A stretch of 56,280 bases of DNA from positions 1 through 56,280 of the forward strand of contig JAAXXG010000007.1 of NCBI GenBank assembly GCA_013334575.1. The letters run 5' to 3'. Source of the stretch: Candidatus Moraniibacteriota bacterium (GTDB lineage: Bacteria; Patescibacteriota; Minisyncoccia; Moranbacterales; UBA1568). Below are positions 1 to 9,703 of the stretch, in pieces. Position 1 is the stretch's first letter, and each line of letters begins with the position of its first letter. Made by a program: the position numbers and the translations under genes. Below the pieces are notes generated by a model that did no database searches, was not told where the DNA came from, and was given only the letters and a program-made list of their open reading frames with translations.

Positions 1-1663
1 CCTTGATGGTGTCGTCGGCGATCTTCGTCGAAGTCACCGTTCCGGAGCCGATGGTCGTCGTGATGGAGGTGGCGCCGCTTCCGGAGACGTCTCCCGAGAG
101 GGTGACGGTCTGGTTGCCGGTGAGGTACGTCGGAGTCCAACTGGTCCACCCGGTCCCATCAGAACGAAGAAGATTCCCAGCCGTACCAGCAGAGGAAAGA
201 CCCGTCCCTCCATAGGACGCACCAATCAATCCTCCGTGCCACGTACCGGAAGCGACGGTCCCGACTGTCACGATATTCGCGGAACCGCCCCACGTCGAAA
301 GCGCCGTATTCTCTACGTTACCGAGACCGACATCGGAACCGGAAAGCTGTGCCCATGCGGCATCGGTCCCGTTCGACTGGAGAACTCGACCGACGGAGCC
401 GAGCGCGAGCCGGGTCCACTTCGCCGTCGAACCCTGTCCCGTAATAAGATCTCCGCGCTGTACCGTTCCGGTTGTCGTATCGGTATGTGTCGCCGAGAGA
501 AGACCATGCGAACTCCCCCCTAATCCGGAACAGGCTCCCCAGACCGGAACTCCGCCGTTAACAACGAGACACTCCCCATCTACACCGATTCCGAGAGTCG
601 AAAGCGTCGTAGAATCGGCGGCGAAGAGAATATCACCAAAAGCGTACGATGAAAGTCCGGTCCCACCACGAGCGACCGCGATCGTTCCGGAAACGATATC
701 GGATGCGGCATGCGTATGGGAAAGCGCAGCCTTTCCGGAAAGCTGGGTTTGAATATTCCCAGTCACACCGGAAAGATACGAAAGTTCCGAAAGCGTCGCC
801 CCGCCGAAGGTTTGTGCCGCATCGAACGAGATCGTACCCGTCATCGTCCCACCGGAAAGAGACAGGAACGAACCTGATGCTCCGGTCAGTATCTGACTGA
901 ATGCGGCTCCGTCGTTGGAAAGCTGCCAGACTCCGGCTACGGAGTCGTAACGAAGGGTTGGCTTCGCGGCGGAGGATGAAACCGAGAGATCGAAGTTGGC
1001 AACTCCGAGTCCTGTGCCGTTTCCGATGACGAAAGAGTCTGAATCGGTCCCGGAATCCGTATTCTGATCGTGCAACCTTCCGTCATTACCGAGCACGAGC
1101 TGTTTCGTCCCTGTCCCCGTCGGCAGCAGGGCGATATCCAGTTTTCCACCCTTTCCGATCGTCGGAATGTTGCCCGACTTGGTACCGACGATCTTGCCAC
1201 CGAGCGAAGCGGCATTGGACGCGTTGAAAGCGGACGGAACGGAAGCGATTCTCTTCCGAGGAATCATCTCGGAATCGTTTCCGACCCTGATGCCGAGGAA
1301 GTAATCCCGAGTCATATCGGAGAACAAGTCCCGAGGAAGCGGCACTGTCTCTCCGAGCGACGTCCGAACGATACCTCCGCGCACGTCGACTTCTTTGGTT
1401 TCCTCCCAGAGACGCCCCGAAGCGTCGGAGGCCGTGATATCCGAACGGTCCTGCGAATAAATCGCGAAACGGACCGGAAGCGTTCCGCTCACCGTCTCGT
1501 TCCGATCGTCGAACAACGAAAGTGATATGCTTATCTGGTCGAGCGACTGCGCCAAAACCGGTCGCGGTTCACCCTGCCACCGTATGATCGTCCCTACCCC
1601 TAAGATTCCAGCGAGGACGAGTATGAAGATGTTCCGGATTTTTTGTGTTACATACTCTGTCAT
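1..1663 (-). CDS. Large membrane-anchored surface/adhesin-like protein (tail-fibre-like G/T/S-rich repeats), truncated by window edge
   Basis: Absent from the ORF track because no stop occurs before position 1. Read by hand from ATG 1663: MTEYVTQKIRNIFILVLAGILGVGTII (N-terminal TM), ...YFLGIRVGNDSEMIPRKRIASVPSAFNA..., then ARGGTG, YGGTG, LSGDVSGSG motifs; at least 554 codons. Confidence 0.8.
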   Translation of the reverse strand, partial: MTEYVTQKIRNIFILVLAGILGVGTIIRWQGEPRPVLAQSLDQISISLSLFDDRNETVSGTLPVRFAIYSQDRSDITASDASGRLWEETKEVDVRGGIVRTSLGETVPLPRDLFSDMTRDYFLGIRVGNDSEMIPRKRIASVPSAFNASNAASLGGKIVGTKSGNIPTIGKGGKLDIALLPTGTGTKQLVLGNDGRLHDQNTDSGTDSDSFVIGNGTGLGVANFDLSVSSSAAKPTLRYDSVAGVWQLSNDGAAFSQILTGASGSFLSLSGGTMTGTISFDAAQTFGGATLSELSYLSGVTGNIQTQLSGKAALSHTHAASDIVSGTIAVARGGTGLSSYAFGDILFAADSTTLSTLGIGVDGECLVVNGGVPVWGACSGLGGSSHGLLSATHTDTTTGTVQRGDLITGQGSTAKWTRLALGSVGRVLQSNGTDAAWAQLSGSDVGLGNVENTALSTWGGSANIVTVGTVASGTWHGGLIGASYGGTGLSSAGTAGNLLRSDGTGWTSWTPTYLTGNQTVTLSGDVSGSGATSITTTIGSGTVTSTKIADDTIK

Positions 1664-1740
1664 GCGGGTTGCACGGACGCCTCGGATAAGACGCCCTCTA
1701 TCCCTGAAATTCTACCATGAAAAACGCCTCTCTCAAAGCT

Positions 1741-2457
1741 TCACTGACTCCTGTCAACCGTCCATCCGAACACCTCCCCGATCGCACCCGCGATGAGCTC
1801 GAACAGCGAGATTTCCTTGGCACCGGTATACACCGCATATGGGTCGGATTCCGCCTTCATCCCCCACTTATCCTGCGCGGAAATGACATAGACGTACGTC
1901 GATGCGGATGACACGTTCGGAATCACGACACTGTGGTTCGTCCCGAATGCCTCCTCGGTAATAACCGCCTCGGCCTGACCGACTCCTTTCCCGTACGAAA
2001 GCGTGGATCGTGCCGGCTTGTTCGTTTCCCAGGTAACGACCAACTCTCCGCCACTCTTCCCTTTGCCGGAAAACGCCTCTCCGTGTACCGAGTCGATGGA
2101 AAGCGGCGACGGGTCGGATTCCGGGACGAACAATCCCATTTCACCGCCGACGGCGATCTCGCCGGTCCGGTAATGCTCACTCCGATACGGAGCCAGGGAA
2201 TCGGGAAGCGATTCCGGAGCCGGGTTCGAATTCTCCGGCACGAAGGACGGACTCTCGGTCTTGATAGTGACCGGAGCCGCCTGCATCGGCTCTTCGAAGG
2301 AAAGAGAGCGGCGTGTTATGCGCCACGAAACGGCGGCGATCGAAACAAGGACGACTGCCGTCGCGAGGATTATATACTTGTTTCGGAAGAGATGTCGGAG
2401 CCTTCGGAAAACTCCACCGTTGCCGGACATCGGACCCCCCTGTCCCGTCTCTGGCAT
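1741..2457 (-). CDS. Membrane-anchored fibronectin type III-like domain protein
   Basis: TM helix YIILATAVVLVSIAAVSW, then VTWETNKPA..LSYG..HSVVIPNVSSASTYVYVISAQD FN3 pattern; start uncertain. Confidence 0.65.
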   Translation of the reverse strand: MPETGQGGPMSGNGGVFRRLRHLFRNKYIILATAVVLVSIAAVSWRITRRSLSFEEPMQAAPVTIKTESPSFVPENSNPAPESLPDSLAPYRSEHYRTGEIAVGGEMGLFVPESDPSPLSIDSVHGEAFSGKGKSGGELVVTWETNKPARSTLSYGKGVGQAEAVITEEAFGTNHSVVIPNVSSASTYVYVISAQDKWGMKAESDPYAVYTGAKEISLFELIAGAIGEVFGWTVDRSQ

Positions 2458-2600
2458 ACTGGAATGACAAGACCGCGATAACCTTTTTATGATAGCACGG
2501 AATGGCGATCCGACGAAAGAATGCGAAACCGCTCCGACCTTGTTATTTCGACGTATTTCCACTATCCTTCGGGAAGAAATCCGAACCGAAGCCAATACCT

Positions 2601-3695
2601 ATGGAAACCCAGAACCGGACGAAGCGAAACGCCGCGGTCGTCATCATGGCCGGCGGATCCGGCACCAGACTCTGGCCGCTCTCCCGCAAAGGTCGACCGA
2701 AACAGTTCCGGTCGTTCATCTCCGACAAGACCCTGCTAGAGGAGACGTATGACCGTGCGTCGCTAGTCGTCCCGAAAGACCGCATATTCATATCCGGAAC
2801 CGAAGCCTACAGGGATATGATCCTCGAGATCCTCCCGGGCCTCGGAGAGGATCACCTGTTACTCGAGCCGTCGCCGAGAGGAACGGGCCCGGCGATCGGA
2901 CTCATCGCGACGATGCTCGGAAAACGGTTTCCGGGCATCACGGTGGCAACCATCGCTTCCGATCACGCTATCGAAGGAAACGCCGAGTTCGCATCATCGC
3001 TCGGAGCCTGCATCGACCTCGTAACGAAAAACCCGAAAACGCTCGGGATTCTCGGTATAAATCCCACGAAGCCGGATACGGGACTCGGATATGTCCGCAC
3101 CGGACGAGAAATCACCGACAGCGGTTCCGAACGGGCCTTCTTCGTGGACGCTTTCAAGGAAAAACCGGATCGGAAAACAGCCGAAACGTATCTCGCGGAT
3201 TGGCGATACCTCTGGAATGCGGGATATTTCGTGTTCCGTACCGATTCCATGACCGACTGGCTCCGGGACTACGCACCGGAACTCTCCGAAATCCTGACAC
3301 GGATCGATGGCGGGGCCCCTCTCGATGAAACCTACGCCGAAGCCGCGAACGAACCCATCGATACGCTGCTCGCGGAACGTCTCCCGGCCGAATCTCGGAT
3401 CGTCGTTCCGACCTCGATCAAGTGGAGTGACGTCGGCACCTGGGGATCGCTCTTCGAATTCCTCGTACACCGGAACAACGAGAGCAGCTTCCGGTTCGGA
3501 AACGCGGTCGAGCTGGAAGGATCGGGAAATCTCATCTACGGAAACGACACGCGGACCGTCACAGTATTCGGAGTCGACGACCTCGTCGTGGTCGATACCG
3601 ACGATACCGTACTTGTCACAAGTCGCGAGCGTGCAGGAGACATAAAATCGCTCATCGAAGAGCTGAAGAGAAAAGGGCGGGACGACCTTCTCTGA
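2601..3695 (+). CDS. manC: Mannose-1-phosphate guanylyltransferase
   Basis: MAGGSGTRLWPLSR..PKQF, GLGY, FKEKPD, WNAG, WSDVGTW motifs. Confidence 0.92.
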   Translation: METQNRTKRNAAVVIMAGGSGTRLWPLSRKGRPKQFRSFISDKTLLEETYDRASLVVPKDRIFISGTEAYRDMILEILPGLGEDHLLLEPSPRGTGPAIGLIATMLGKRFPGITVATIASDHAIEGNAEFASSLGACIDLVTKNPKTLGILGINPTKPDTGLGYVRTGREITDSGSERAFFVDAFKEKPDRKTAETYLADWRYLWNAGYFVFRTDSMTDWLRDYAPELSEILTRIDGGAPLDETYAEAANEPIDTLLAERLPAESRIVVPTSIKWSDVGTWGSLFEFLVHRNNESSFRFGNAVELEGSGNLIYGNDTRTVTVFGVDDLVVVDTDDTVLVTSRERAGDIKSLIEELKRKGRDDLL

Positions 3696-3723
3696 GACCG
3701 GCCGAAAGATTTCCGAAATGCCG

Positions 3724-4173
3724 TCAGGACGAGAAGCCGCCTCCATCTTCCGCTGTATCGCTCCCGCCACGGTCGAGCCATTCCTGCAGGATGATTCTGG
3801 CGGCTTCCTGGTCATCGAAGCGCGATATTCGTTTAATACCCCGTTCCCGAAGGTTCGCTTCGGCCATTTTCGTCGTGAACATCTCGTCCTGATAGGCGAT
3901 TCCGATACCGGGAAACGCGTTTAAAACGGCCTCGCCGAAACGCTCGCCCTCATAGACGGATTCCTTCCGGTTCACATACGACGGGATACCGATGACCACG
4001 GTTCCGATTCCCCGTTCGGAGAAAAGTCCGCCGAGACGAGAAAGAAGGGTTCGGTCATTCCGAAGCGTCGTAAGCGAGAACGCGATGCGGGTCTCCGCAT
4101 CCGCGAACGAGACGCCTACGTCGGAAGCGCCCCAGTCTATGCCGAGAAAATTGTCTCCGAACGTTCCGTTCAT
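3724..4173 (-). CDS. ruvX: YqgF/RuvX family pre-16S rRNA nuclease
   Basis: LGIDWG..VGVS.AD, DEMFTT, DDQEAARIILQ motifs. Confidence 0.9.
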   Translation of the reverse strand: MNGTFGDNFLGIDWGASDVGVSFADAETRIAFSLTTLRNDRTLLSRLGGLFSERGIGTVVIGIPSYVNRKESVYEGERFGEAVLNAFPGIGIAYQDEMFTTKMAEANLRERGIKRISRFDDQEAARIILQEWLDRGGSDTAEDGGGFSS

Positions 4174-4202
4174 CTCGAATTCGTCGTTACGGATTTCCCG
4201 GT

Positions 4203-4997
4203 TCAGGTCCGCGTTACGATTTCCGTTCCCCGCTCCGTCACGATGATCGTATCCTCGAAATGGGCGGAAAGGCTTCCGTCACGGGTAACGTACGTCCATC
4301 CGTCCGGCGCCATCCGAAGCGCATATCCTCCCACGTTTATCATTGGCTCAAGCGCGACCGTCATGCCTTTACGGAAAGAGAACTCAGGCACGCGCGAATC
4401 GACATAATTCGGTATCTGCGGATCTTCGTGCAGTTCGCGCCCGACGCCGTGACCGACCAGGTCCCGCACGACCGAGAATCCGTCTTCCCGGACACGGCGT
4501 TCGACTGCCCGAGCGAAGTCCGACAACCGCGCGCCGGACCGGATCTTCCCGATACCACGGTCAAGAGCCTCCCGGGTCGCTATGACAAGTCGGTGTGCCT
4601 CGTCGGACACGGTGCCGATCTCTTTCGTGCGGGCCATGTCCGAGACCATCCCCTGAAACCGCATGCCGATATCGATCTTCAGGAGATCCCCTTCCCGAAG
4701 AATCCTCTTCGGCGACGGAATCCCGTGAACCACCTCGTCATTGAGGGATACACAGGCGGCGGCCGGAAACGGCTTTCCCCATTCGGCACCGTATCCCTTG
4801 AACACGGGAATACCCCCTTGACGTCTGATCGACTCATCCGCAAGGTCGCCAAGTTCCCCGGTGGAAACGCCCGGCCGCGCGGCGCCGAGAAGTTCTTCCA
4901 TCACGGCGGCAAGCCGTCGGCCCGACTCACGAAGATCGTCGAGTTCGCGTTCCGTCTTTATAAGAGCGTTCGTATCCATACGCGGATCGGGGTTCAT
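4203..4997 (-). CDS. map: Methionine aminopeptidase type I
   Basis: SLNDEVVHGIP, DIG, GHGVG..LHEDP, EPM, SAHFEDTI; ATGA overlap with adk. Confidence 0.96.
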   Translation of the reverse strand: MNPDPRMDTNALIKTERELDDLRESGRRLAAVMEELLGAARPGVSTGELGDLADESIRRQGGIPVFKGYGAEWGKPFPAAACVSLNDEVVHGIPSPKRILREGDLLKIDIGMRFQGMVSDMARTKEIGTVSDEAHRLVIATREALDRGIGKIRSGARLSDFARAVERRVREDGFSVVRDLVGHGVGRELHEDPQIPNYVDSRVPEFSFRKGMTVALEPMINVGGYALRMAPDGWTYVTRDGSLSAHFEDTIIVTERGTEIVTRT

Positions 4998-5683
4998 TTA
5001 CGCCTGACAGCGGAGGCTATCATTCCGAAAATCTCCTCGGCAGAACGGTCACCCGGGACACGTAACAGTATCCCGTTTTTTTCGAAGTCGTCGATAACCG
5101 GCATGGTCTCGTCGCGGAAGATGCGATACCGTTTGCGGACACCCTCTTCCGTATCGTCGGCACGCTGCGAAACGGGAGACCCGCAGGAAGGACAGGCCGA
5201 TCCGCGTGTCGGCAGATCTGCACCGAGAATAAGTTTCCTGCCGCAGACACCGCACGAATACCGCCTCGAGATACGTTCTACGGCGTCCTCTTCGGACAGA
5301 TCGATGAGAATCGCTTTCCGGAGTTCCCGTCCCGAACCGACGATCGCGGACATGACCGACGGTATCTGACTCTCGCGACGCGGTGCACCGTCTATGACGA
5401 CCGGCCGGGATGGACCGATACGCCGCAGCTCGTTCTCGAGGATCGCACGGACGATACCGTCCGGAACCAGTTCCCGACGGGTGTTGATGATCTCCGAGAG
5501 CGCCTCTCCGAACGGCGTCGCCTCCCCAGCCGCCGCGCGCAACGCGGCACCCATATCGACGTGAACCGCGCCGAACTCCCGTCCGAACAGGTCGGCCTGC
5601 GTGCTCTTCCCGCTTCCCGGAGGCCCGAGCAGGATATAGGCGACCGGTTTGGCCGCTCCGTCGTTATGGACATTCCCGTTCAT
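4994..5683 (-). CDS. adk: Adenylate kinase (Zn-binding LID)
   Basis: GPPGSGKSTQA, DGAPR, CGVC..CPSC, RADD; follows secY. Confidence 0.93.
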   Translation of the reverse strand: MNGNVHNDGAAKPVAYILLGPPGSGKSTQADLFGREFGAVHVDMGAALRAAAGEATPFGEALSEIINTRRELVPDGIVRAILENELRRIGPSRPVVIDGAPRRESQIPSVMSAIVGSGRELRKAILIDLSEEDAVERISRRYSCGVCGRKLILGADLPTRGSACPSCGSPVSQRADDTEEGVRKRYRIFRDETMPVIDDFEKNGILLRVPGDRSAEEIFGMIASAVRRK

Positions 5684-5726
5684 CTCTTTCTTCGAAAAGG
5701 GACCGTTCGGTACGAGCGGAAAGCGC

Positions 5727-6998
5727 TCAGAATCCCTCGTAGCTACGCATGGAAAGCTGTCCCTCCATATGCTTCATGAGTTCGAGGACCACCGAAACCA
5801 CGATGAGGATAGAGACACCTCCCAGCGTGAGCGACTGAATGTTCGTTACGTTCTGAAGGACCGAAGGCAAAACGGCGATGATGCCGAGAAAAAGCGCTCC
5901 GCCCAGGGTAATCCTGTTGATGACGCGTCCGAGATATTCCGCCGTCGCCGTTCCGGGACGGATTCCCGGAACGAACCCCCCTTGCCGCTGAAGGTTCTCC
6001 GCGATCTTGAACGGATCGAAGACTACGGCGGTATAGAAGTAGGTGAAAAGGACGACCAGAAGGAAATACAGTCCCGCATAGACCCACTGATCGGAAAGGA
6101 AGACATCCACGGCTACCGCGACGTCGGCAACCTTTCCGGATCCGGACTGGGCGAGATACCCCGCCGCCATCTTCGGGATAAGGATGATGGAAACGGCGAA
6201 GATGATCGGGATGACCCCGGCCTGGTTCACCCGAAGTGGCAGGTGCGTCGACGCGCCGCCGTAGACGCGAGCGCCGCGGAGACGTTTCGCGTACGAGACG
6301 GGAATGACGCGCTGTCCGTCATTGACGAAGACGACTCCGGCGATCGTCACGACACCGACCGCGAGAAACAGGAGGTACGAGAATATCTGTGCCGGATCCC
6401 ATGTCGAGACGAACCGGGCGAACGATACCGGCAACCCGGCGATAATACCCGCAAAAATCATCATGGAAACCCCGTTTCCGAGACCCTGTTCGGTAATGAG
6501 TTCTCCAAGCCACATAAGAAAGACGGTTCCCGCGACAGCCGTAAGAATCATGACTGAAAGCATGGGGGCGGAAGCGATCGCGATGACGCCCTGCGATCGA
6601 AACAACGTGATCATTCCGAACGCCTGCACCGCAGCCAAAGGCAGCGTGAGCCACCGGGTCCACATCGTGAACTTACGGCGCCCCGCCTCCCCCTCTTCCT
6701 TCTGGATCCGTTCGAGCGCAGGAACGGCCATCGTCAGGAGCTGCATGATGATGGAAGCCGAGATATACGGCGCGACCCCAAGAATTACGACGGATACACC
6801 CTTCAGGCCGCCACCCGAGAAGGCGTTGAGAAGTCCGAGCATGCTGTTCTGGTCGAACAGATTCGACAGGACCGCCAGGTCGACGCCGGGAAGCGGTATG
6901 TTCGCCGCGAACCGATAGACGACAAGAACTCCGAGGATGAAGAGAATCTTCCCTCGGAGTTCCGGAACGGAATAGATCTGCCTGAGTGCGCGCATCAT
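5727..6998 (-). CDS. secY: Preprotein translocase SecY
   Basis: LGVAPYISASIIMQLL, GLGNGVSMMIFAGI, VNQAGVIPIIFA, FVPGIRPG. Confidence 0.97.
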   Translation of the reverse strand: MMRALRQIYSVPELRGKILFILGVLVVYRFAANIPLPGVDLAVLSNLFDQNSMLGLLNAFSGGGLKGVSVVILGVAPYISASIIMQLLTMAVPALERIQKEEGEAGRRKFTMWTRWLTLPLAAVQAFGMITLFRSQGVIAIASAPMLSVMILTAVAGTVFLMWLGELITEQGLGNGVSMMIFAGIIAGLPVSFARFVSTWDPAQIFSYLLFLAVGVVTIAGVVFVNDGQRVIPVSYAKRLRGARVYGGASTHLPLRVNQAGVIPIIFAVSIILIPKMAAGYLAQSGSGKVADVAVAVDVFLSDQWVYAGLYFLLVVLFTYFYTAVVFDPFKIAENLQRQGGFVPGIRPGTATAEYLGRVINRITLGGALFLGIIAVLPSVLQNVTNIQSLTLGGVSILIVVSVVLELMKHMEGQLSMRSYEGF

Positions 6999-7054
6999 GA
7001 CGGTAGTGGTACGACGGTTACCTGACAAGGTAAAGTATACCGCAAACCGCGGCG

Positions 7055-7495
7055 TCAGTCCTCCTTGACGGTCCCACCCGCCTTCTTCACGGCCTCGAGT
7101 GCCGTGTCGGAGAACCGGATTCGGGAATCGAAGGTAAGCGCCTTCGAAAGCTCGCCACTTCCGACTACCTTGAATCCGCCCTCGACGTGCTTCGGCGAGA
7201 AGAGCTTCTTGCCGAGAATGGTCTCCCGGCTGACCTCTTCGCCCGCGGAAAAATGTCGCTCAAGAAAACCGAGCGTGAGCGCGACGCGCTTCGGACGGGG
7301 GGATTTGAACCCCTTTACCTTTTTCAGCCGTTCGACAAGCGAGGAGCGTCCCCCCTCGAACAGAGGATCGATCGAGGCACCGGAACGGGCTTTCTGTCCC
7401 TTGGTACCGCGACCGGCGGTCTTTCCACGACGGCCGCCGCGACCGACGCGCTTACGCTCCGGTTTCTTGGCTACGGAAAGAGTATTGATCTGCAT
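7055..7495 (-). CDS. rplO: 50S ribosomal protein uL15
   Basis: RVGRG..GKTAGRGTKGQKARSG, FEGG; synteny. Confidence 0.96.
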   Translation of the reverse strand: MQINTLSVAKKPERKRVGRGGRRGKTAGRGTKGQKARSGASIDPLFEGGRSSLVERLKKVKGFKSPRPKRVALTLGFLERHFSAGEEVSRETILGKKLFSPKHVEGGFKVVGSGELSKALTFDSRIRFSDTALEAVKKAGGTVKED

Positions 7496-7506
7496 ACGTT
7501 TCGGAC

Positions 7507-8043
7507 TTACTGCTGGTTCTCTCCCGCCTTCGGAGCCGTCTCCTCCTTCTGGACGGAGGCCTCGTTCTTCAGCTGCGAGAAGGCACGTACGGTAGCCCGG
7601 GAAAGATTGAGGGCATTCGATGACCCGAGCGACTTGGAAACGATATCCTTCACGCCCAAAAGGTCGGCCACCGCGCGGACCGCTCCGCCGGCGATGAGAC
7701 CGCGGCCGGCCTTTGCGGGCTTGAGCAGGACCTTCGCACTCCCTTCCTTGGCATACACGTCATGCGCGATGGTTCCCCCGACAAGCGAAACGGAGACGAG
7801 GTGCTTCTTCGCGTCGTTGAACGCCTTCTGGATGGCGTCGGACACGTCGTTCCCCTTCGCGACACCCACGCCGACCTTGCCCTTGCGGTTTCCGATGACA
7901 AGCGTCGCACGGAACCGGAACCGGCGACCACCCTTCACGACACGGGTCACGCGGTCAAGCGAGAGGAGCTTCTGATCGTATTCGGGCCGCTCGCGGCGTC
8001 CGCCTCCCCGACGAGGCCTTCCCTGCTGCTGTTTCATTGCCAT
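7507..8043 (-). CDS. rpsE: 30S ribosomal protein uS5
   Basis: RVTRVVKGGRRFRF, GLIAGGAVR. Confidence 0.97.
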   Translation of the reverse strand: MAMKQQQGRPRRGGGRRERPEYDQKLLSLDRVTRVVKGGRRFRFRATLVIGNRKGKVGVGVAKGNDVSDAIQKAFNDAKKHLVSVSLVGGTIAHDVYAKEGSAKVLLKPAKAGRGLIAGGAVRAVADLLGVKDIVSKSLGSSNALNLSRATVRAFSQLKNEASVQKEETAPKAGENQQ

Positions 8044-8061
8044 AGTCGTCGTACAAAGGAA

Positions 8062-8418
8062 TTAGAACTGAAGCCCGGCCTCGCGGGCGCCGTCAGCCAC
8101 GGCCTTCACCTTCCCGTGATACCGATATCCGGAACGGTCAAACACGACGGAGCGGACCCCTTGCGCGAGACACTTCTCACCGATAAGCTTCCCGACTAGG
8201 AACGCTCCCTCGACGGTGTTCTTCGCGTCCTTCCCGAGGTCTCGAATCGAGGCCGAAAGGACGGTTTTTCCGGACAGGTCGTCGATAACCTGCACGGACA
8301 GGGTCCGGAGACTCCGGAATACGGAGAGTCTCGGCCGTTCGGCCGTTCCGGAAATCTTCGCGCGGACACGGCGCGCGCGCGCCTTTCGTTCCCGGTTCCT
8401 GAATATCTGCTTCAGCAT
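8062..8418 (-). CDS. rplR: 50S ribosomal protein uL18
   Basis: GTAERPRLSVFRS, FDRSGYRYHGKV. Confidence 0.97.
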   Translation of the reverse strand: MLKQIFRNRERKARARRVRAKISGTAERPRLSVFRSLRTLSVQVIDDLSGKTVLSASIRDLGKDAKNTVEGAFLVGKLIGEKCLAQGVRSVVFDRSGYRYHGKVKAVADGAREAGLQF

Positions 8419-8442
8419 ACGCGTATGGACTTGGATATGCGA

Positions 8443-8979
8443 TTAGGAAGACGACTTCTTCCCTTCCTTCCGACGGACGAGCTCACCGACATAACGGAAC
8501 CCCTTCCCCTTGTACGGCTCGACCGGCTTCAGGTCACGGATCTCCGCGGCGAACTGACCGACCTGCTGCTTGTCGATTCCGGCGATCGAAAGGACGTTCC
8601 CCTCGATCTTCGCGTCGATACCGGAGGGGATTTCAACCTCGACCGGATGCGAGAAGCCGAGCGCGAGGACGATCTTCTTTCCCTGGACGTTCATGCGGTA
8701 CCCGACACCGTTGAGCTCGAGACGCTTCTCAAACCCCTTGGTCACCCCCTCGACGAGGTTCCCGATCACCTTGGCGGTGGTTCCCCAGACCGCGGAGGCC
8801 TTCTTCGATTCCCCGACCTTCTCGACGGTGAACGTTCCATCGGAAAGCGTCACGCGGACGTCGACATGATGCGCGAAGGAGAGTTCCCCTTTCGGGCCCT
8901 TCACGGTCACGACGTTCGCCTTGACGCCTGCTTCGACGCCCTGCGGGACGGGTATCGGCATTTTCCCTATACGACTCAT
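8443..8979 (-). CDS. rplF: 50S ribosomal protein uL6
   Basis: MSRIGK, GVGYR, EPYKGKG. Confidence 0.97.
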   Translation of the reverse strand: MSRIGKMPIPVPQGVEAGVKANVVTVKGPKGELSFAHHVDVRVTLSDGTFTVEKVGESKKASAVWGTTAKVIGNLVEGVTKGFEKRLELNGVGYRMNVQGKKIVLALGFSHPVEVEIPSGIDAKIEGNVLSIAGIDKQQVGQFAAEIRDLKPVEPYKGKGFRYVGELVRRKEGKKSSS

Positions 8980-9011
8980 AACGGCTTCGTTATATCCCCA
9001 TTTACACGCGA

Positions 9012-9422
9012 CTACCAGACCTCGCAGAGGTACTCTCCGCCCAGCCCCTTCTTGTACGCGTCCTCGCCGCTCATGACTCCCTGCGAGGTCGAGATGACCG
9101 CGACTCCGTACCCGTTCTTCACCTTGCGGATCTCACCCTTCTTCGCGTAGACGCGACATCCCTCCTTGCTCACGCGGCGGATACCGGTAATCGCCGGGTC
9201 GCGACGAAGGAGCGTCTTCTCCACATAGCGGAGCGTGATCTCAAGCGTTTCCTTTTTGCCGGTCTCGTCCGCATGTTTCGCGACGCCGCCGATAAACCCA
9301 CGGGATAGGAGGGTCTCCGCGATGGCGAGCTTGAGTTTCGACGCGGGCATCGACACCGACAAATGTCCGGCGCGCTGTGCATTCCTGATCCTGGTGAGCA
9401 TGTCTGCGATGGGATCCAACAT
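9012..9422 (-). CDS. rpsH: 30S ribosomal protein uS8
   Basis: DPIADMLTRIRNA, ISTSQGVM, GGE. Confidence 0.97.
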   Translation of the reverse strand: MLDPIADMLTRIRNAQRAGHLSVSMPASKLKLAIAETLLSRGFIGGVAKHADETGKKETLEITLRYVEKTLLRRDPAITGIRRVSKEGCRVYAKKGEIRKVKNGYGVAVISTSQGVMSGEDAYKKGLGGEYLCEVW

Positions 9423-9494
9423 AGTCTAGGTCTTACTGAATATCCGGCTTCCCGTCTCCGTCGCCTGAAGCGGCGGACGCGGAAACCGTTCCGA

Positions 9495-9680
9495 TTACCA
9501 CGAGGACTTCCGGACTCCCGGAATCTCGCCCTTGGACGCGAGCTCCCGGAAACAGATCCGGCAGAGGTCGTACCGGCGAAGGTACCCGTGCTTCCGACCG
9601 CACTTCCAACACCGCCGCACGATGCGCGTCGAGAATTTAGGATGCTTTTCCGCTCTCGCCACCACTGAAGTCTTCGCCAT
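9495..9680 (-). CDS. rpsN: 30S ribosomal protein uS14, Zn-binding type Z
   Basis: [24 protein letters not shown]. Confidence 0.97.
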   Translation of the reverse strand: MAKTSVVARAEKHPKFSTRIVRRCWKCGRKHGYLRRYDLCRICFRELASKGEIPGVRKSSW

Positions 9681-9703
9681 AAGAGAATACGTTTAGGATC
9701 GGT

